In this document: positions 21,146 to 34,619 of the stretch, one piece after another
How positions within the stretch are numbered: position 1 is the stretch's first letter
Layout: each line of letters begins with the position of its first letter
Assembly: GCF_036365525.1 (NCBI RefSeq)
Contig: NC_090391.1
Location: 34,864,591 to 34,928,590 of the forward strand
Length of the DNA stretch: 64,000 nt
Direction: 5' to 3'
Origin: Heterodontus francisci
Lineage: Eukaryota
Notes under the pieces: generated by a model
Databases searched by the model: none
Told to the model about the DNA's origin: nothing
Seen by the model: only the letters and a program-made list of their open reading frames with translations
Made by a program: the position numbers and the translations under genes

Positions 21146-23679
21146 TTATCATTGATATTGATCATGTAGTCTGTTTTGACAACTATTCATTTCTTTTCAA
21201 TCAATGAATGATTTTTGTCCTTTCTGTAGCAACAGTAGCTACCATTCTCCAGAACCGAGAATCTTATGGAAAATTCATAGACAACTGTCTGGCATAAACT
21301 GATTACTTTTCGGTGAAATTGGTTTGCTTGTGTTAAGTTGATATTTCTGTAAATGCAAATAATAAGTTGAAACCTCAACACAAGTAAAGGTGCACTTTCT
21401 CAAAGGATGACGGAGGTTTACATTCCATCTCATGACAGCATCTATTGGAGATAGGAGATTCTCGAGAGCATAGAACTGGGGAATAATTCGCCATTTTTTC
21501 TGGTGCTGAAACTTCTAAATAGTTGCTAATTTCTGTCAAGAAAGCGTATTAAGCAGATTGCTGAAACTACTACATGAATTGATATAATGCAATAGGCAAC
21601 TATATCACCAACGGCAATCACACGTTTGATATGTTCCCTGTTTCCTTCTCTCTTTATCGCTAGCTAACATCCTGATGCACACACACAGAGACACCATCGC
21701 TTTCTTATGTCCAAACTTATTAATACTGATATGCTGCGGTAAAAAAAGGAAAAAAAAAAGAATAGGAACAGTTCTACTGGTTTGCACTATAACCACTGTT
21801 AATTGCCTTACCGATAATGCCAACGGCTGCAAGAACAGGATAGAAGATGCATTCAAATTCAAAGATAATTGGATAGCACATTTTCCAAGTGCGGAAGTGA
21901 TGACTGTGAGACTCTGACTGAAAAGTGGCAATTCAGTCAAAGGAGACCTTATTTATACCAGTGGGCGAGGGTCTTTGTGGCACTTAGCTGGAGTGCACCA
22001 AGTTAGTTACATTCAATTAGCAACTAGAATTAATCACCCATTTCCCCCATAGCTTCTTTAGCTAACGGAATCTATGTTAAGAAATATTTAACAACACTGT
22101 AAACTTGCTTTGGAATATCTTAAAAAATAGTTCTCATGTAACCTGTGACTGAGCCGCATGAACAGCTTCATTAAACAAGCCTCTGGGTGCTGATTACATG
22201 TACAGACCCAATACTTTGAGAGTTATCTTCAAAGAATGTCCACTCAGAACTGTGTGCTGTGTAAAAGGCCCCGAAGCATTTGACTTGGGAGTTGACCTCA
22301 TCTGAAAGGACCTCACAAAGTACCAGCTGGTCCTGGTCTCCTCTTCCACAACTGTTCCCTATCTCAGGATCACCCTGAAAAGCAAGGACAACGCCGGATT
22401 CTTTTCTTCACATGCAGATCAACTTCTTAAATACCTCTCACCAGCCCTCCCTACATTCACATACAAGTACTGCGAACCTCCTGGACTTCATTACCAATCA
22501 GATTGTGAGTATCTGATTATCTGTCTCCACCACTTCGCTCCCTATCCCTAGCCCACCCGACTAAACCTTATTTATGTTTCACTCTGTGCTAGTCCTGAAC
22601 ATTCAAGTTCTTCCAGTTCCTCTCCTATCTATCCTCATGCTCTTTCCGAGTTGAGCGCGTCCATTAGACGCACCTACTGCTCCATTGACCCTATTCCCAG
22701 TAAGCTGCAGGCTACCCAACGTATCTTCCAGACCTCGATGTTAGCTGATATTAACTGTTCTCTCTCTTCCAGTAATGTCCCCACCGCTTCAACTCTGCCT
22801 TCATCACGCCTTGCCTCAAAAAAAAACTCCAGTGACTCTGCCTTTGTAATCTACACACGGATCTCCAACAACACTTTCCTTTTAAAAGTCGCTCAACCTT
22901 CTGTCGCCTCGCAAGTCCTTTTCCTGTTTTTCCTGAAACTCCATATTTGAATCTCTCCAGTCAGATTTCCACCCTTCCCAGAGTGTGGTGATGGTGGTGA
23001 CTTAGGTCATGAACAAATGTTAGCTGAGGATGATAATTTTAAAAGTAAGGTGTTGAGCGGATTGAGATCTAATCAACGTCAGTGAATGCGGCGGTGTTGG
23101 GTGAGCTGGATTTGTTGAGGGCTGGAGTTGTAAGCACCGTGTTGGTTGGAAGTAAGTTTGAGATCGAGGTGCCAGTCCGGAGTGAACCAGAGAGATCTTG
23201 TCAGGAAATGTCCCAGTTGCTATTTTACAGAAGCCACTGTAGAATCAACCGCTAAACATGTGCAATAAAAGAGAGAGGGGAGTATCAGTCTCTTCCTGGC
23301 ACCTACACTAAGTTATCAGCTGCAATCCTGCACATGGATGTACAATTTCTCATTTTAACTGTTTATGTCCTTGGATTCAGTATATACTGAAGAGAAATCG
23401 GTGACATTTATAAGTGATTTGGTATGATTGAATAATATGATTGCAATTATTTTAAACCAGTAAACAACGCTGCACATTATAGTGGGATCAATCTTGTTTG
23501 ATTACCGTTTTCAGCAATTGTCTGATTAAGATAATTTGCTCGATTTTGAATTGTTGGTTTTGTATGAACTATTTTATTTCCAATGCAGTCAAAATTGCTG
23601 ATGTAATGTGTTTGTTCAATTGACTGCCACGAATAGCAATGATCAGGGGTATAGCCGTGTCAGTGGAGACATATCCCCT

Positions 23680-23687
23680 GTATAAAG
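23680..23687 (+). promoter_or_regulatory. TATA-like box upstream of GPCR exon 1 copy A
   Basis: GTATAAAG ~25 bp before the start of the 5' region shared by both exon-1 copies (ATCAACTCAGAGTGACT). Confidence 0.4.
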
Positions 23688-23770
23688 CACTGTCTATTAG
23701 AATGGATCAACTCAGAGTGACTGCTGGAGCTGTGAGTTTCAGACCAACACAAGTCAGTGCTTCACACAGA

Positions 23771-23841
23771 AGCGAAATATCCAGCAATGCATAAGATCGA
23801 ACGTATTTACTATCCAATTCTTGCAGCCTTTGGAGTTTCCA
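23771..23841 (+). pseudogene. GPR139-like exon 1, copy A (orphan; ancestral ATG position reads GCG, alternative ATG at 23787)
   Basis: AKYPAMHKIERIYYPILAAFGVS followed by GTAAGC donor at 23842; aligns codon for codon with 28548-28617. Confidence 0.75.
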
Positions 23842-24169
23842 GTAAGCTGCATTTTCCTCCAGCTGTTAATGGTGTAAATTAGTATTAATTTAACTGCCGC
23901 ACCTGAAAGTACTTTACTCACTGTATATTTTACACAATCGTCTGTTCAGTTTGATCAGTTGAATGATGGAATGTCCTACGTGTCTGTTCATTTGGTCCTG
24001 TCGCTGCTGCCTAAACTTTGATATCTGTTCGTCAATTCCTTGCATTATTACTGGTTTATACTCTGTACTGAATGAATTAATGGATGATGGAATATTTTCA
24101 AATTCTAAATGTTCGGTCTTGTATGAGTTTCTTTATGTCTGCCATGGTTTTGTTAACCTAACACTAGAG

Positions 24170-24680
24170 TTGTTTGTCCTCGAGACGGCCAACATCCCCA
24201 GCTTATACACGCTACTGAGTCAGCAGCGCTTGAGATGGCTTGGCCATGTGAGCCGCATGGAAGATGGCAAGATCCCCAATGACACATTGTACAGTGAGCT
24301 CGCCATTGTATCAGACCCGCCGGCCGTCCATGTCTCGCTTTAAAGACGTATGCAAACGCGATGTGAAGTCCTGTGACGTTGATCACAGGTCGTGGGAGTC
24401 AGTTGCCAGCGTTCGCCAGAGCTGACGGGCAGCCATAAGGGCGGGGCTAAAGTGTGGTGAGTCGGAAAGACTTAGCAGTTGGCAGGAAAAAAATGGAAGT
24501 GCAAGGGGAGAGCCAACTGTGTAACAGCCCCGACAAACCATTTTTTCTGCAGCACCTGTGGAAGAGCCTGTCATTCTAGAATTGGCTTTTATAGCCACTC
24601 CAGGCGCTGCTCCACACACCACTGACCAACTCCAGGCGTTGTATGTCGAGATAAGGAGGCCAAAGAAGAGAGAGTTTTTT
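24170..24680 (+). mobile_element. RTE-clade LINE 3' fragment
   Basis: ANIPSLYTLLSQQRLRWLGHVSRMEDGKIP...LYSEL is the RTE C-terminal signature; GAAGAGAGA-type tail. Confidence 0.85.
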
Positions 24681-25624
24681 GTAGTTAATGTCAAAGCTAT
24701 TTGTACTGGAATCAGGTGCATGGGTCATGTCCGTAAGAATATAATCAATAGAGAAGGCGTAGGCCACTCGGCCCTTCTTGTTTCCTCTGCCTTTCTATAC
24801 GATCATTCCTAATCTGATCTTGTCCTCAAATGCCCTTTCCCGCTTCCTTGTCATCACCATTGAATCCAATTTAGTTCAATATTATCTCTATCATAGACTG
24901 ACTGCAATCAATGGCTCAGCCTCCACAGCTCTCTGGGCCAGAGACTTCCAAAGATTCAGCACCCTTTTAGAAAATAAATTTCTCCTCATCTCCTTCTGAA
25001 ATTCTCGACTTATGCACCCTACTTCTGGATTCCCCCTCGAGGGGAAACTTCCTCTCACCATCCCCCTATCAAACTCCCTCAGACTTTAACATGTTACAAT
25101 ACTTCTCTCATATTTCTAAACTCGAAAGGGTTTCACTTTGTACAACAAACCTGTCTTGGAATATTACTTCATAAAACCAATTTCAGTGATTCTCATGACA
25201 CAGCTTACAGTCTCAGTGTTACCAGGAGGCAGTACAGTTTCCTCATTCCCCAACATCATGTGTCAGTTTCACTGGGATTTCAGTATTTTTATTGGTCATC
25301 ACTTTTGTTATATCATTTCCTTCTGTGAATCTAATGCTGCTGCAAAGGTCTGGCAGCTGAACTGAGTTAGCTGCTGACACTTGGGCATCTCTTTTTCAGA
25401 TTAACTTCGTATTAATTTATGTACTTCACTTGACTTCAATGTAATAGTAAAAATGTTCATTTTATGTGGTATCACTGTGCACTGTAATTGTTGGACTCCC
25501 GAGTCCTTGTCGTTATCTGCAGAATATCAAACACCGCGTTGTTGCATCTCGTTCATTGCACAAACCCACAGACGTACTCTGAACTTTAAAATTGCAACAG
25601 AAAGAATTTCAATTGGTGTGAATT

Positions 25625-26250
25625 CAAAACAGAATATGCTGGGAATATTCAGCAGGTCAGGCAGCATCTGTGGAGAGAGAAGCAGAGTTAACGTTACTGG
25701 TCTTTGACCCTTCATCAGAACTGGCAAAGGTTAGAAAAGAATTAGGTTTTAAGCAAGTGGAGTGTGCGGAGGTGCTTTGGTGCCAATGAGAACAAAAGGG
25801 AATGTGTGTGATAGGGAAGAGGGCAGAGACAAAATACAAAGCTGTCCTGAGACAACAGCAACGAGGGTGTTAATGTTTCTGTTGAAAGACAAAGCATTAG
25901 TCCAGCGAGAGCATTAATAGCCAAATAATGAAAAACTCTGTCGACATGAAGAACAGGCACATGGTTAATGTACTATTAAAACAAATATATAAAGACAAAA
26001 AAGGCCAGTCGTGCTCTGAAATTATTGAACTCAGTGTTCAGTCTGCAAGGTTGCAGAGAGCCTAATCAAAATATCAGGTGCTGCTCCTCGAGCTTGCATT
26101 GATGTTTACTGGGACACTGTAGCAGGCCAAGGACGGAAATGTGGGCATGTGAGCTGGGGTGGACGACCAGAAGCTCGGGGTTATGCTTTCGGACTGAGTG
26201 TAAGTGTTCCACAAAGCGGTCAACCAATATGCATTTGTTCACCCTAAATA
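25625..26250 (-). mobile_element. Penelope-like element remnant (GIY-YIG C-terminus plus terminal repeat with mutated hammerhead)
   Basis: DRFVEHLHSVRK...SVLGLLQC...KLEEQHLIF; minus-strand CTGATGAAGGGTC-AAA-GACC-AGTAACGTTAACT at ~25686-25722. Confidence 0.8.
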
Positions 26251-26277
26251 GAGGCAACAGTTCTGCGTAGGAGAGGG

Positions 26278-26712
26278 ATTGGTGTAACAGCATTGTCACT
26301 AAACTCATAACCCAGGTATTTAGGGTATTATTTTGGGGACATGGGTTCGAATTCCCCATCGCTCTGATTTCAATTCATAAATCTGGAATGGAAAGCTGAC
26401 CTAATAATGACCATGAAACTATTATCGACTGTTGTAAAAGCCCATCTGGTTCCTTAATGCCCTTTCGGTATGAAATATGCTGTCCTTGTGCCTACATGTG
26501 ACTCCAGGCCCACAGCAATGTGGTTGACTCTGAAGAGGCCAAGCAAGCCACTCAGTTGTACATAACTGCTACAAAGCCAATAAGAATCAAAACTGGACGG
26601 AGGCGATGATCATCTCCAACAAGATAGATTTTAGCCATCTACCCTTGACATTCGATGGCGTTACCAGCGCTGAATCCCCCACTACCAACATCCTGGGGGT
26701 TACCATTGACAA
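26278..26712 (+). mobile_element. Internally deleted copy of the 5030-8175 LINE family with a tRNA-like head
   Basis: B box GGTTCGAATTCC at 26344-26355, then the 5' region matching the reverse complement of 7930-8175, then a jump to RT sequence matching 5665-5775. Confidence 0.75.
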
Positions 26713-27599
26713 GATACTGAGCTTGAGTCGCCATAATGCCATATATTTCAATAATTCTCTCATACCTCTTAACTTTAAAGTGTCCAGGCCGAACCTGCTC
26801 AACCATTCCTCACAAGGCAGCCCCTTCACCCGAGAAATCAACACATTAAGCCTTCTCTGAACTGCTGTCAATGCATGTATATTGTTCGTGAGATAAGGAG
26901 ACAACAATTGTACACAGGTGTGGTAATACCAAAGTTCTAAGAACATTTTCACTTTGTGGAACTAGCTTGTCCTGTAATATTACTTCATAAATCTAATTTT
27001 AGTGACTTATAATGACACACTTCACAGTCTGGCAGGCAGCAATGATGGGGCAGGATGGTGGGTGATGAATGCAGGAGGGTGGGTTTTCAAAGGCGTGGAT
27101 TGTTTCCTGCTGGGTCCCTCTGTGGGCCACAGATTGCCCACGGAGGAGGATACCCAAGCCCACAAGGAGGACACTTCATTTTACTGGGCTTATTTCCAGC
27201 AGCGGCATGAAGAGGCCCTTAAGCTGGCAATAATAGGCTCCTAAGGCCCTCAATTGGCCTCTGGGTGGGAAGGCCTTTTCCACTGACAACTTGTTGCAAT
27301 GCGATGGAAAGATGACGGGCCCTCCCTCCCCTGCCAGCCATCGCACATCTATGGGACACACGCCTCCTCGCCCATCTCGGGGAATGGGGTGGCATTAAAT
27401 CCAGGTCCAGGATTCATCACACTTCCCCCTTTGGAAAAAGCATGCCTTACTGCGTTAAGAATTTCGTTCAAACAGTTAGAAAATACAATAGGTTCTTAAT
27501 ACTGTCAACATTTTTATTCAAATAACTTATTGTGTACTGCTGAGGTGACACTTTCCTATGCAAACATAAAACACAAACTATATTTTAATAATACTATTT

Positions 27600-28478
27600 A
27601 TTATTTAGCTGACAGTGGCTGCTCGCCTCAACTGCCCTGTGGTCTCAGTATCAAATTTCGCCCAGATGGAAAACACATTAACCTCAGTCGCCTCTATGCC
27701 AAAACTAAACTATATGCCATAGACATACATGATCTACAGTTTGTGGATGACTACAGTACCATTGCCCACTCTGCTCCAGATTTCAAAGCCACTCTAGATC
27801 TCATTACTTCTACATGGAGGGGACTTGAATGTCCTTTCATGTTGCCAAAGCAAAATCGATATCGCACCGTTTTTCTGCATCTCCAAATATATCATATCCG
27901 ATATGTGTTGAAGGAGAGACTCTGGAACACGTTGAAAACTTCCCGTAAATTGACTCTCAAAAGGCCGCCATTGATGTGGAGATCCAGCACAGTTGCAGCT
28001 GTGCCAACTCAATATAGACTTCTGCAAGTCAACAAAAGACCTCATGTATAAACAGTTGCCGTCACCACACTCAGGTACGACAATGAGACCTGAACTCTGT
28101 GTCAGTGACACATAAAAGCGCTGGAGAAATTTCCTCCGCAATGCCTCTGCTGCATCCTCCAGGTTAACGGGAAGGACGATGGAAACATAAAACAAAATGC
28201 TAGATTCCTTTTCGAAATCAGCTCCACAAGCATTCATGAAAATTGCCCAAAGAACAACTTTAATGGACTGGATACTCTGTTTGGATGGTCAAAAACCTTC
28301 TTCCCTGACAGATCCTGCTTTCCCAATTCTTAATTGGCCAGCGTCACAGGAGAGAACAAAGGAAAAGCTTCAAAGACACTCTGAAGCTCTCTTTGAAGTG
28401 CAGCAGCATTGAGATTGATGACAGGAGGAGCTTGCTGCAAATCGTTCAAAATGGTGACAACTTGCCCATCTGGAACTG
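27600..28478 (+). mobile_element. Degenerate RTE LINE
   Basis: GLSIKFRPDGKHINLSRLYAKTK...DLQFVDD, plus later RTE-like segments. Confidence 0.75.
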
Positions 28479-29881
28479 AGTATCAACTCAGAGTGACTAT
28501 CGGAGCTGCGGCTTTCAGAACAACACCAGCTGGTGCTTCTCACAGAAATGGGAATTCCAGTAATATATCAGATTGAAGATATTTATTATTTAGTTCTTAC
28601 AACCATTGGATTTCCTGGTAAGCAGCTGTCCCCAGCTGTTAATGTTGCAAATCAATATTAAATCGACTGCTTCACTTGATAATGTTTTGCTTGATGACTG
28701 TTTTACCGAGTCGTCTGTTGAGTTCAGTCAGTTGAATGATGGGCTGCCTGAAGGCCCTGCTCATTTAGTGTTGCAGCAGTAGCATAATGACTGTGATGAT
28801 CTTTGTTCATAAAATCCTTGCATTGATATTATTGACTTTACTGAATGTCTATTGTTCGCTGCTAGAATGCCCGCAGATTCTAAATGTTCGGGCTTGTATG
28901 AGTTTATTTATCTGTAATGATTTGTTTTGGTCCATCACTGAGAATGTGATCAGATTAATATCTCAAATGAATGTTATGATCAGGTGCTCGGACTGAGTAC
29001 CTAAGAATATATGCAATAGGAACAAGCGTAGGCCATTTGGCCCCTCGATCCTTTCCCACAATACATTAACATAATTTGTGATTTGATCTCGGCCTCAGAA
29101 CCATTTTCTCTCTTGTTCTCCTCTACCTCATCGGGAATTTGGGGAGAGCCTCCCCGGCCATGCTAATGAGCCACCGCATTTGGAATAACGGAGGCTCCAC
29201 GAATTGGCGCTGTTTGTTTGTCGGACGTAACATTTTTCCAATCGCCACTTATTCTGGCGTCGGGCTTTGAAAATGCAGCCTCAAGAATGGGTTTCTCTGG
29301 GATTTCAATATTTTACTGGTTATCACTGTTCTGAAGTATTTCCTTGTGGGAATCTGACACTGCTTCAGAGGTCTGACAACTGAACTGAGTTTGCTGCTCA
29401 CCCGTTAACATCTCTTTCTCTGATTCATTGCCGTTCAATTCATTTACTGTTAGAGGAATTCTTGTAACTGTGTTGATTTTATGTTGTATCAGTTTGGACT
29501 GGATTTGTTGGTCTCCCGAGCCCTTCTACTTCATTACAGGTTACAAAGCACAATGTTGATGTTGTAGTTTTATTGATTGAACAAACCTACAATCCAAACC
29601 TCTACGCTTTCAAATTTTGCAGATGACATTTCAAATAGCGTGGGTTCTTTCCAGAAGATGCACTCAATTTTATTTATTCTATGCATTGTGGACAGACTTA
29701 ACAATGCCAGTGTGGAAATGAAGGTTCACCCTACCTGCATCTATTCGTGTTTGGCTTATTTGTAGGATGTACGCACGATGAGGTCAAACAACGTTTGGTA
29801 TCTGTAACTACAGTTGTGTATTTACAACACTTAAAATTATTGTACCTTTGATCTCTACGTTCCATGCATACTAGCATTCAA

Positions 29882-31265
29882 TAACATAGAACATAGAACA
29901 TAGAACAGTACAGCACATTACAGGCCCTTCGGCCCACGATGTTGTGCCGAACCTTTAACCTACCTTATGATCAAACTACCTATATACCCTTCATTCTACT
30001 ATCATTCATGTACCTATCCAAGAGTCGCTTAAATGTCCCTAAGGTATCTGCTTCTACTACCACCGCTGGCAGTGCATTCCACGCACCCACCACTCTCTGT
30101 GTAAAGAACCTATCTCTGACATCTCCCCGAAACCTTCCTCCAATCACCTTAAAATTATGCCCCCTGGTGATAGCCCTTTCCGCCCTTGGGAAAAGGTCTC
30201 TGGCTATCCACTCTTAGCTCCAATGAGAAAAGCCCTAGCTCCCTCAACCTTTCTTCATAAGACATGCCCTCCAGTCTAGGCAGCATCCTGGTAAATCTCC
30301 TCTGCACCCTCTCTAAAGCTTCCACATCCTTCCCATAATGAGGCGACCAGAACTGAACACAATATTCCAAGTGTGGTCTAACCAGGGCTTTATAGAGCTG
30401 CAGCATAACCTCATGGCTCTTAAACTCAATCCCCCTGTTAACGAAAGCCAAAACACAATACGCCTTCTTAACAACCCTGTCAACTTGGCTGGCAACTTTG
30501 AGCGATCTATGGACATGGACCCCAAGATCCCTCTGTTCCTGCACAGTACCAAGAATCCTGTCTTTAAGACTGTACTGCATTCAAATTCGACCTTCCAAAA
30601 TGAATCACTTCACACTTCTCCAGGTTGAACTCCATCTGCCACTTCTCAGCCCAACTCTGCATCCTGTCAATGTCCCGTTCCAACCTACAACAGCCTTCCA
30701 CACTATCCACAACGCCAGAAATCTTCGTGTCATCGGCAAACTTGCTAACCCAGCCTTCTACCATCTCATCCAAGTCATTTATAAAAATCACAATGAGCAG
30801 AGGTCCCAGAACAGATCCCTACGGAACACCATTGGTCACCGAGCTCCAGGCTGAATACTTTCCATCGACTACCACCCTCTGTCTTCTATGGGCCAGTCAA
30901 TGTTGTATCCAGACAGCCAACTTTCCCTGTATCCCATGCCTCCTTACTTTCTGAATGAGCCGACCATGGGGAGCCTTGCTAAAATCCATATACACCACAT
31001 CCACTGCTCTTCCTTCATCAATATGTTTTGTCACATCTTCAAAGAATTCAATAAGGCTTGTGAGGCATGACCTGCCCCTGACAAACCGTGCTGACTGTCT
31101 CTAAGCAAACGATGATTTTCCAAATAATCATAAATCCTGTCTCTCAGAATCCTCTCCAATAACTTGACCACTACCGACGTAAGACTGACTCGCCTATAAT
31201 TCCTAGGGTTATCCCTATTCCCTTTCTTGAACAAGGGAATAACATTTGCCACCCTCCAATCATCG
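29882..31265 (-). mobile_element. 5'-truncated CR1 LINE in the GPCR intron
   Basis: (AACATAG)n tail and RT fragments (FADD, LEYCVQFWSP); same subfamily as 48129-50325. Confidence 0.92.
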
Positions 31266-32244
31266 AAACAGTTCATCAAAGATACACATGCTAGAATCGC
31301 TTTATGTGTTGTGTAACTTAAGACCTGATTTTATATACTTATAGATGCTTGTGTATTCTGGTGTGTAAAGTAACTCAATGAATCAAGGTCCAACACAGGT
31401 TGTGATTATTGGTGTCTCCCAGTGATCTGGACTGAGGCCACAGCTTTTCACTGTATTTCCACATGACTTGAATTCATGATTCGAGGGACATCTATTTACA
31501 ATTGTTGACGACCCTACGTTAAGTGTCTCAATAAATAGTATAGATTAAAAGAAAACTGTGCAAAGGGTTGTCGATAGTTTAAACGATTTGTTAAACTGTG
31601 GGATCTGAAGGTGTGAGGTCATTCACCTTGCATCAAAGAGAGGTAAATCAGACTACATTCTTAGGAGCTGGGGACAAGCTGAGCGGTTTGCATATCAAAT
31701 ACAGATATCACCAGGGCTTAAATTACAATTTCAATACGGAGGCAACCGGATTAAGAATTAGGGAAACAATGCAGTGGATGCTCTTAATAGGGATAGATGA
31801 GATTTGATGGTTTGAATTGCAAGGAAGGAAAAATAAATAAACTGGAGCCGTTGGAGTTCTCCGTGCAATGCAGGTCAGCAAATGGAGCAGTGTTTCTTGA
31901 CAGGAACCTGATATGGAATAGGATAAAGGCAGAAGAGTGTTGGATTCACCAGTAAATGGACGGTGGGGGATGGACCATCAGCCAGGTGACAATTGCTATG
32001 TATGAGTCTGAATGAGACAGAGGCATGGACGTACGTTTCAATATCTGATGTACTGAGATAAGAGTGGAACCAAGAGTACTATGATGTGGAATGCGGGGGT
32101 TAACTGTTACGGCGTGACACACGGTTTTATGAACGTGACTCTGTATTGTTAAAAGAAAATGGAATTTATAGTAAAGCTCAAGAATGTTATGCCAGATTTG
32201 TGTTTAAATTAGGAGAACTGAGGGTGCCGGATTGGCAACAGTGG

Positions 32245-32422
32245 GTTCTGATGAAGGGTCGCTGACCCTTCTTCGGAACCGACAAATATTAGAAAAGTCA
32301 CTGCTTAGAAGCAAGTGAGGTGGGGGTGGGGCAAGAGATAACAATGGAGGTGTCGATTGAACAAGACCACATAGCGGACTAAAAGGTCATGGAGCAAAGG
32401 CAAACAATATGTTAATAATTAA
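32245..32422 (-). mobile_element. Penelope terminal fragment, folded back at the hammerhead
   Basis: 32265-32420 is the reverse complement of ~9825-9983 and is preceded by a plus-strand GTTCTGATGAAGGGTC. Confidence 0.7.
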
Positions 32423-34619
32423 ATGGAAACAGTTATCTACCGATTACATTTGTTGCTTCACTTTGTTTGCTTTCCAACCCCTTCTGGACCTGCCTCTCCT
32501 CCAGTTTCCAAATGTCCTTTTACGTGTCTCCCTTCAATCGACTCGCTTGCTCAGCCTCCATCTGCCTATTTCTCATGATCTGAAGTCACAAACTCACCGC
32601 AGGGGTTCTCGACCTTTTCACGTTTTGAGACAGCCCCTGTTGACTCTCTTAACCATTGAAATAAAAAGAAGTTCCCCTTTCCCCTCACTTTCTCATCCAT
32701 TGCTCTGGGTGCAAAACTGGAGTTAAACCATTGGATTACTTGTTTGAAACCCCCTTCTCCATTCCACACTGGCAGGGCGTCCTCACTCAGCCACTGTATC
32801 CAGTGATCATTATATTTCATCTCTATTTCAGATCAACTTCCCAATCAATCTTTGTTAACTGTGTTTAAAACCATTCTCTGCTGGATGCTGCAACAAAGCT
32901 GCAAATTTCACACCAGATCCTGTCAAACTGCTACTTGAGTTTGAGGTCTGATCAGTAATTTCTCTGCGTCCCTTTCTATCTATTTCAGTTAACCTGGTGG
33001 CGATTCTGACCCTATCCCGAGGAAAGTGTGGTCTCTCCAAATGTGTCACTGTCTAAGTTGTGGGAATGGCAGTGGCTGATCTCCTGGTCGTTATCACAGG
33101 TCCCATATTGAGGCGGATTTCTTGGATTTATTTCCCAGATTCATTCCTGTCCATTACTCCCATCTGCAGTTCAATTAATGTCCTGGTGTTTGCAACCGCA
33201 ATGGTTTCTGTCTGGCTGACAGTCGTTTTCACCTTTGATCGATTTGTAATCATTTGCTGTGAGAAGCTGAAGGAAAAATATTGCACTGAGAGAACAGCGG
33301 CTCTGGTTATCGGAACAGTGAGTCTGCTGTGCTCTTTGGAATGTGTTCCCTGGTACTTTATATGTGAACCGAAATATATAATTGATATTGTTCCCTGGTG
33401 CTGTATCGTGAAACAGAGCTACTATAGTTCCCCCTCATGGACCGCGTTTGAGTTGTTCCACCGCATTTTAACTGCTTGCGTACCATTCTTTCTGATTTTG
33501 CTGTTAAATGTACTGACGGTCAGACGAATTATAGCGGCCAATAGAGTCGGCAGTGGACTCCGGTGCCTCAGCAATGGAGAGAATCACAATGACCCAGAGA
33601 TGGAGAATCGAAGGAAATCAATCATTTTACTGTTTAGATTATCTGGCAGTTTTATACTGTTATGGGTGATGCAGATTGTATTTTACATCTATCAGCGAAT
33701 TACAAAACAATATGCTTCCTCGACCAATGACCCTCTTTATATCACAGAATACACAGCAGCAATGCTGCAGCTTCTCAGTTCCTGCACCAACACGTGTATT
33801 TATGCTGTGACCCAGACGAAATTCAGAGAGGAGCTAAAGAGGGTCGTGAAATACCCTCTCAATCTAATTGTTAGATTAGTTAAGTCATAAGAAAAGTGAA
33901 GTTTTCCATGTTCTCGAACTAAAGTCCATTCGACTCCACAGCCTATATTTACGATATGGTGTTAAATATTCTGTTCACAGCACCGAACCTTGAGATAATT
34001 GTAAACTTGATTTTGTAATATATTAAACATCTGACCTAATGAGGCTGGTTATTTTTGCAGAAGACACAGGAATTGTTTGTCAAAAATGACGGTGCTAAAG
34101 AGCACAGCTGGACATCAACTGAAGCAGCTCTCAATCAAAGGAGCTCCTGTTGCCTTGATGACAGAACGATAGGGTAGGTACTGGTAATGTCACTGAGTTA
34201 ATAATCCAGCAGCCTATTGTAATGCCTTGGGAACAGGGGTTCAGATCCCCTTCTAGCTGCTGGTAGAATTCAACTTCAATTAATCAGTTAAAAATCTGGA
34301 ATTGAAAACTTGTCTCAGTCATAGTGCCATGAAATAAAGAGTTAGATGATCGAGCAACTTCCTTATGGAAAAGGCCTGGCATACATTTGACTCTCATCAC
34401 ACACATTTAGAGAAAAGTACAATAAATATGGAGAAATAAGGTTCGACAGCACGAAGAAGAGAGAAGCAGAGAGGCCGGTGGAGAAGAACAGGTATGGCAG
34501 AGGGCGGATGTGACAAGTTGTAACAATCCCCAGTCCTGTTGTGGCGTATTGTGGCATGTTTAGTGTGATGGTTTTAGGGGCTAATGCCTTTCGAAAACTA
34601 CAATTTTTTTCTGCCACTC

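Larger units (their letters stand above)
28548..33890 (+). pseudogene. Two-exon GPR139/GPR142-like class A GPCR with a single nonsense codon (exon 1 28548-28617, exon 2 32989-33890)
   Basis: Exon 1 MGIPVIYQIEDIYYLVLTTIGFP with GTAAGC donor. Exon 2 after TATTTCAG reads VNLVAILTLSRGKCGLSKCVTV*VVGMAVADLL...FTFDRF...SSCTNTCIY. TAA at 33054-33056 replaces the expected Tyr. Confidence 0.88.

Noticed and set aside
27020-27410. MITE-like GC-richer segments (also ~400-590, 1290-1430, 29130-29280, 38950-39100)
   Set aside because: Probably old non-autonomous DNA transposons, but terminal inverted repeats and TSDs could not be established.
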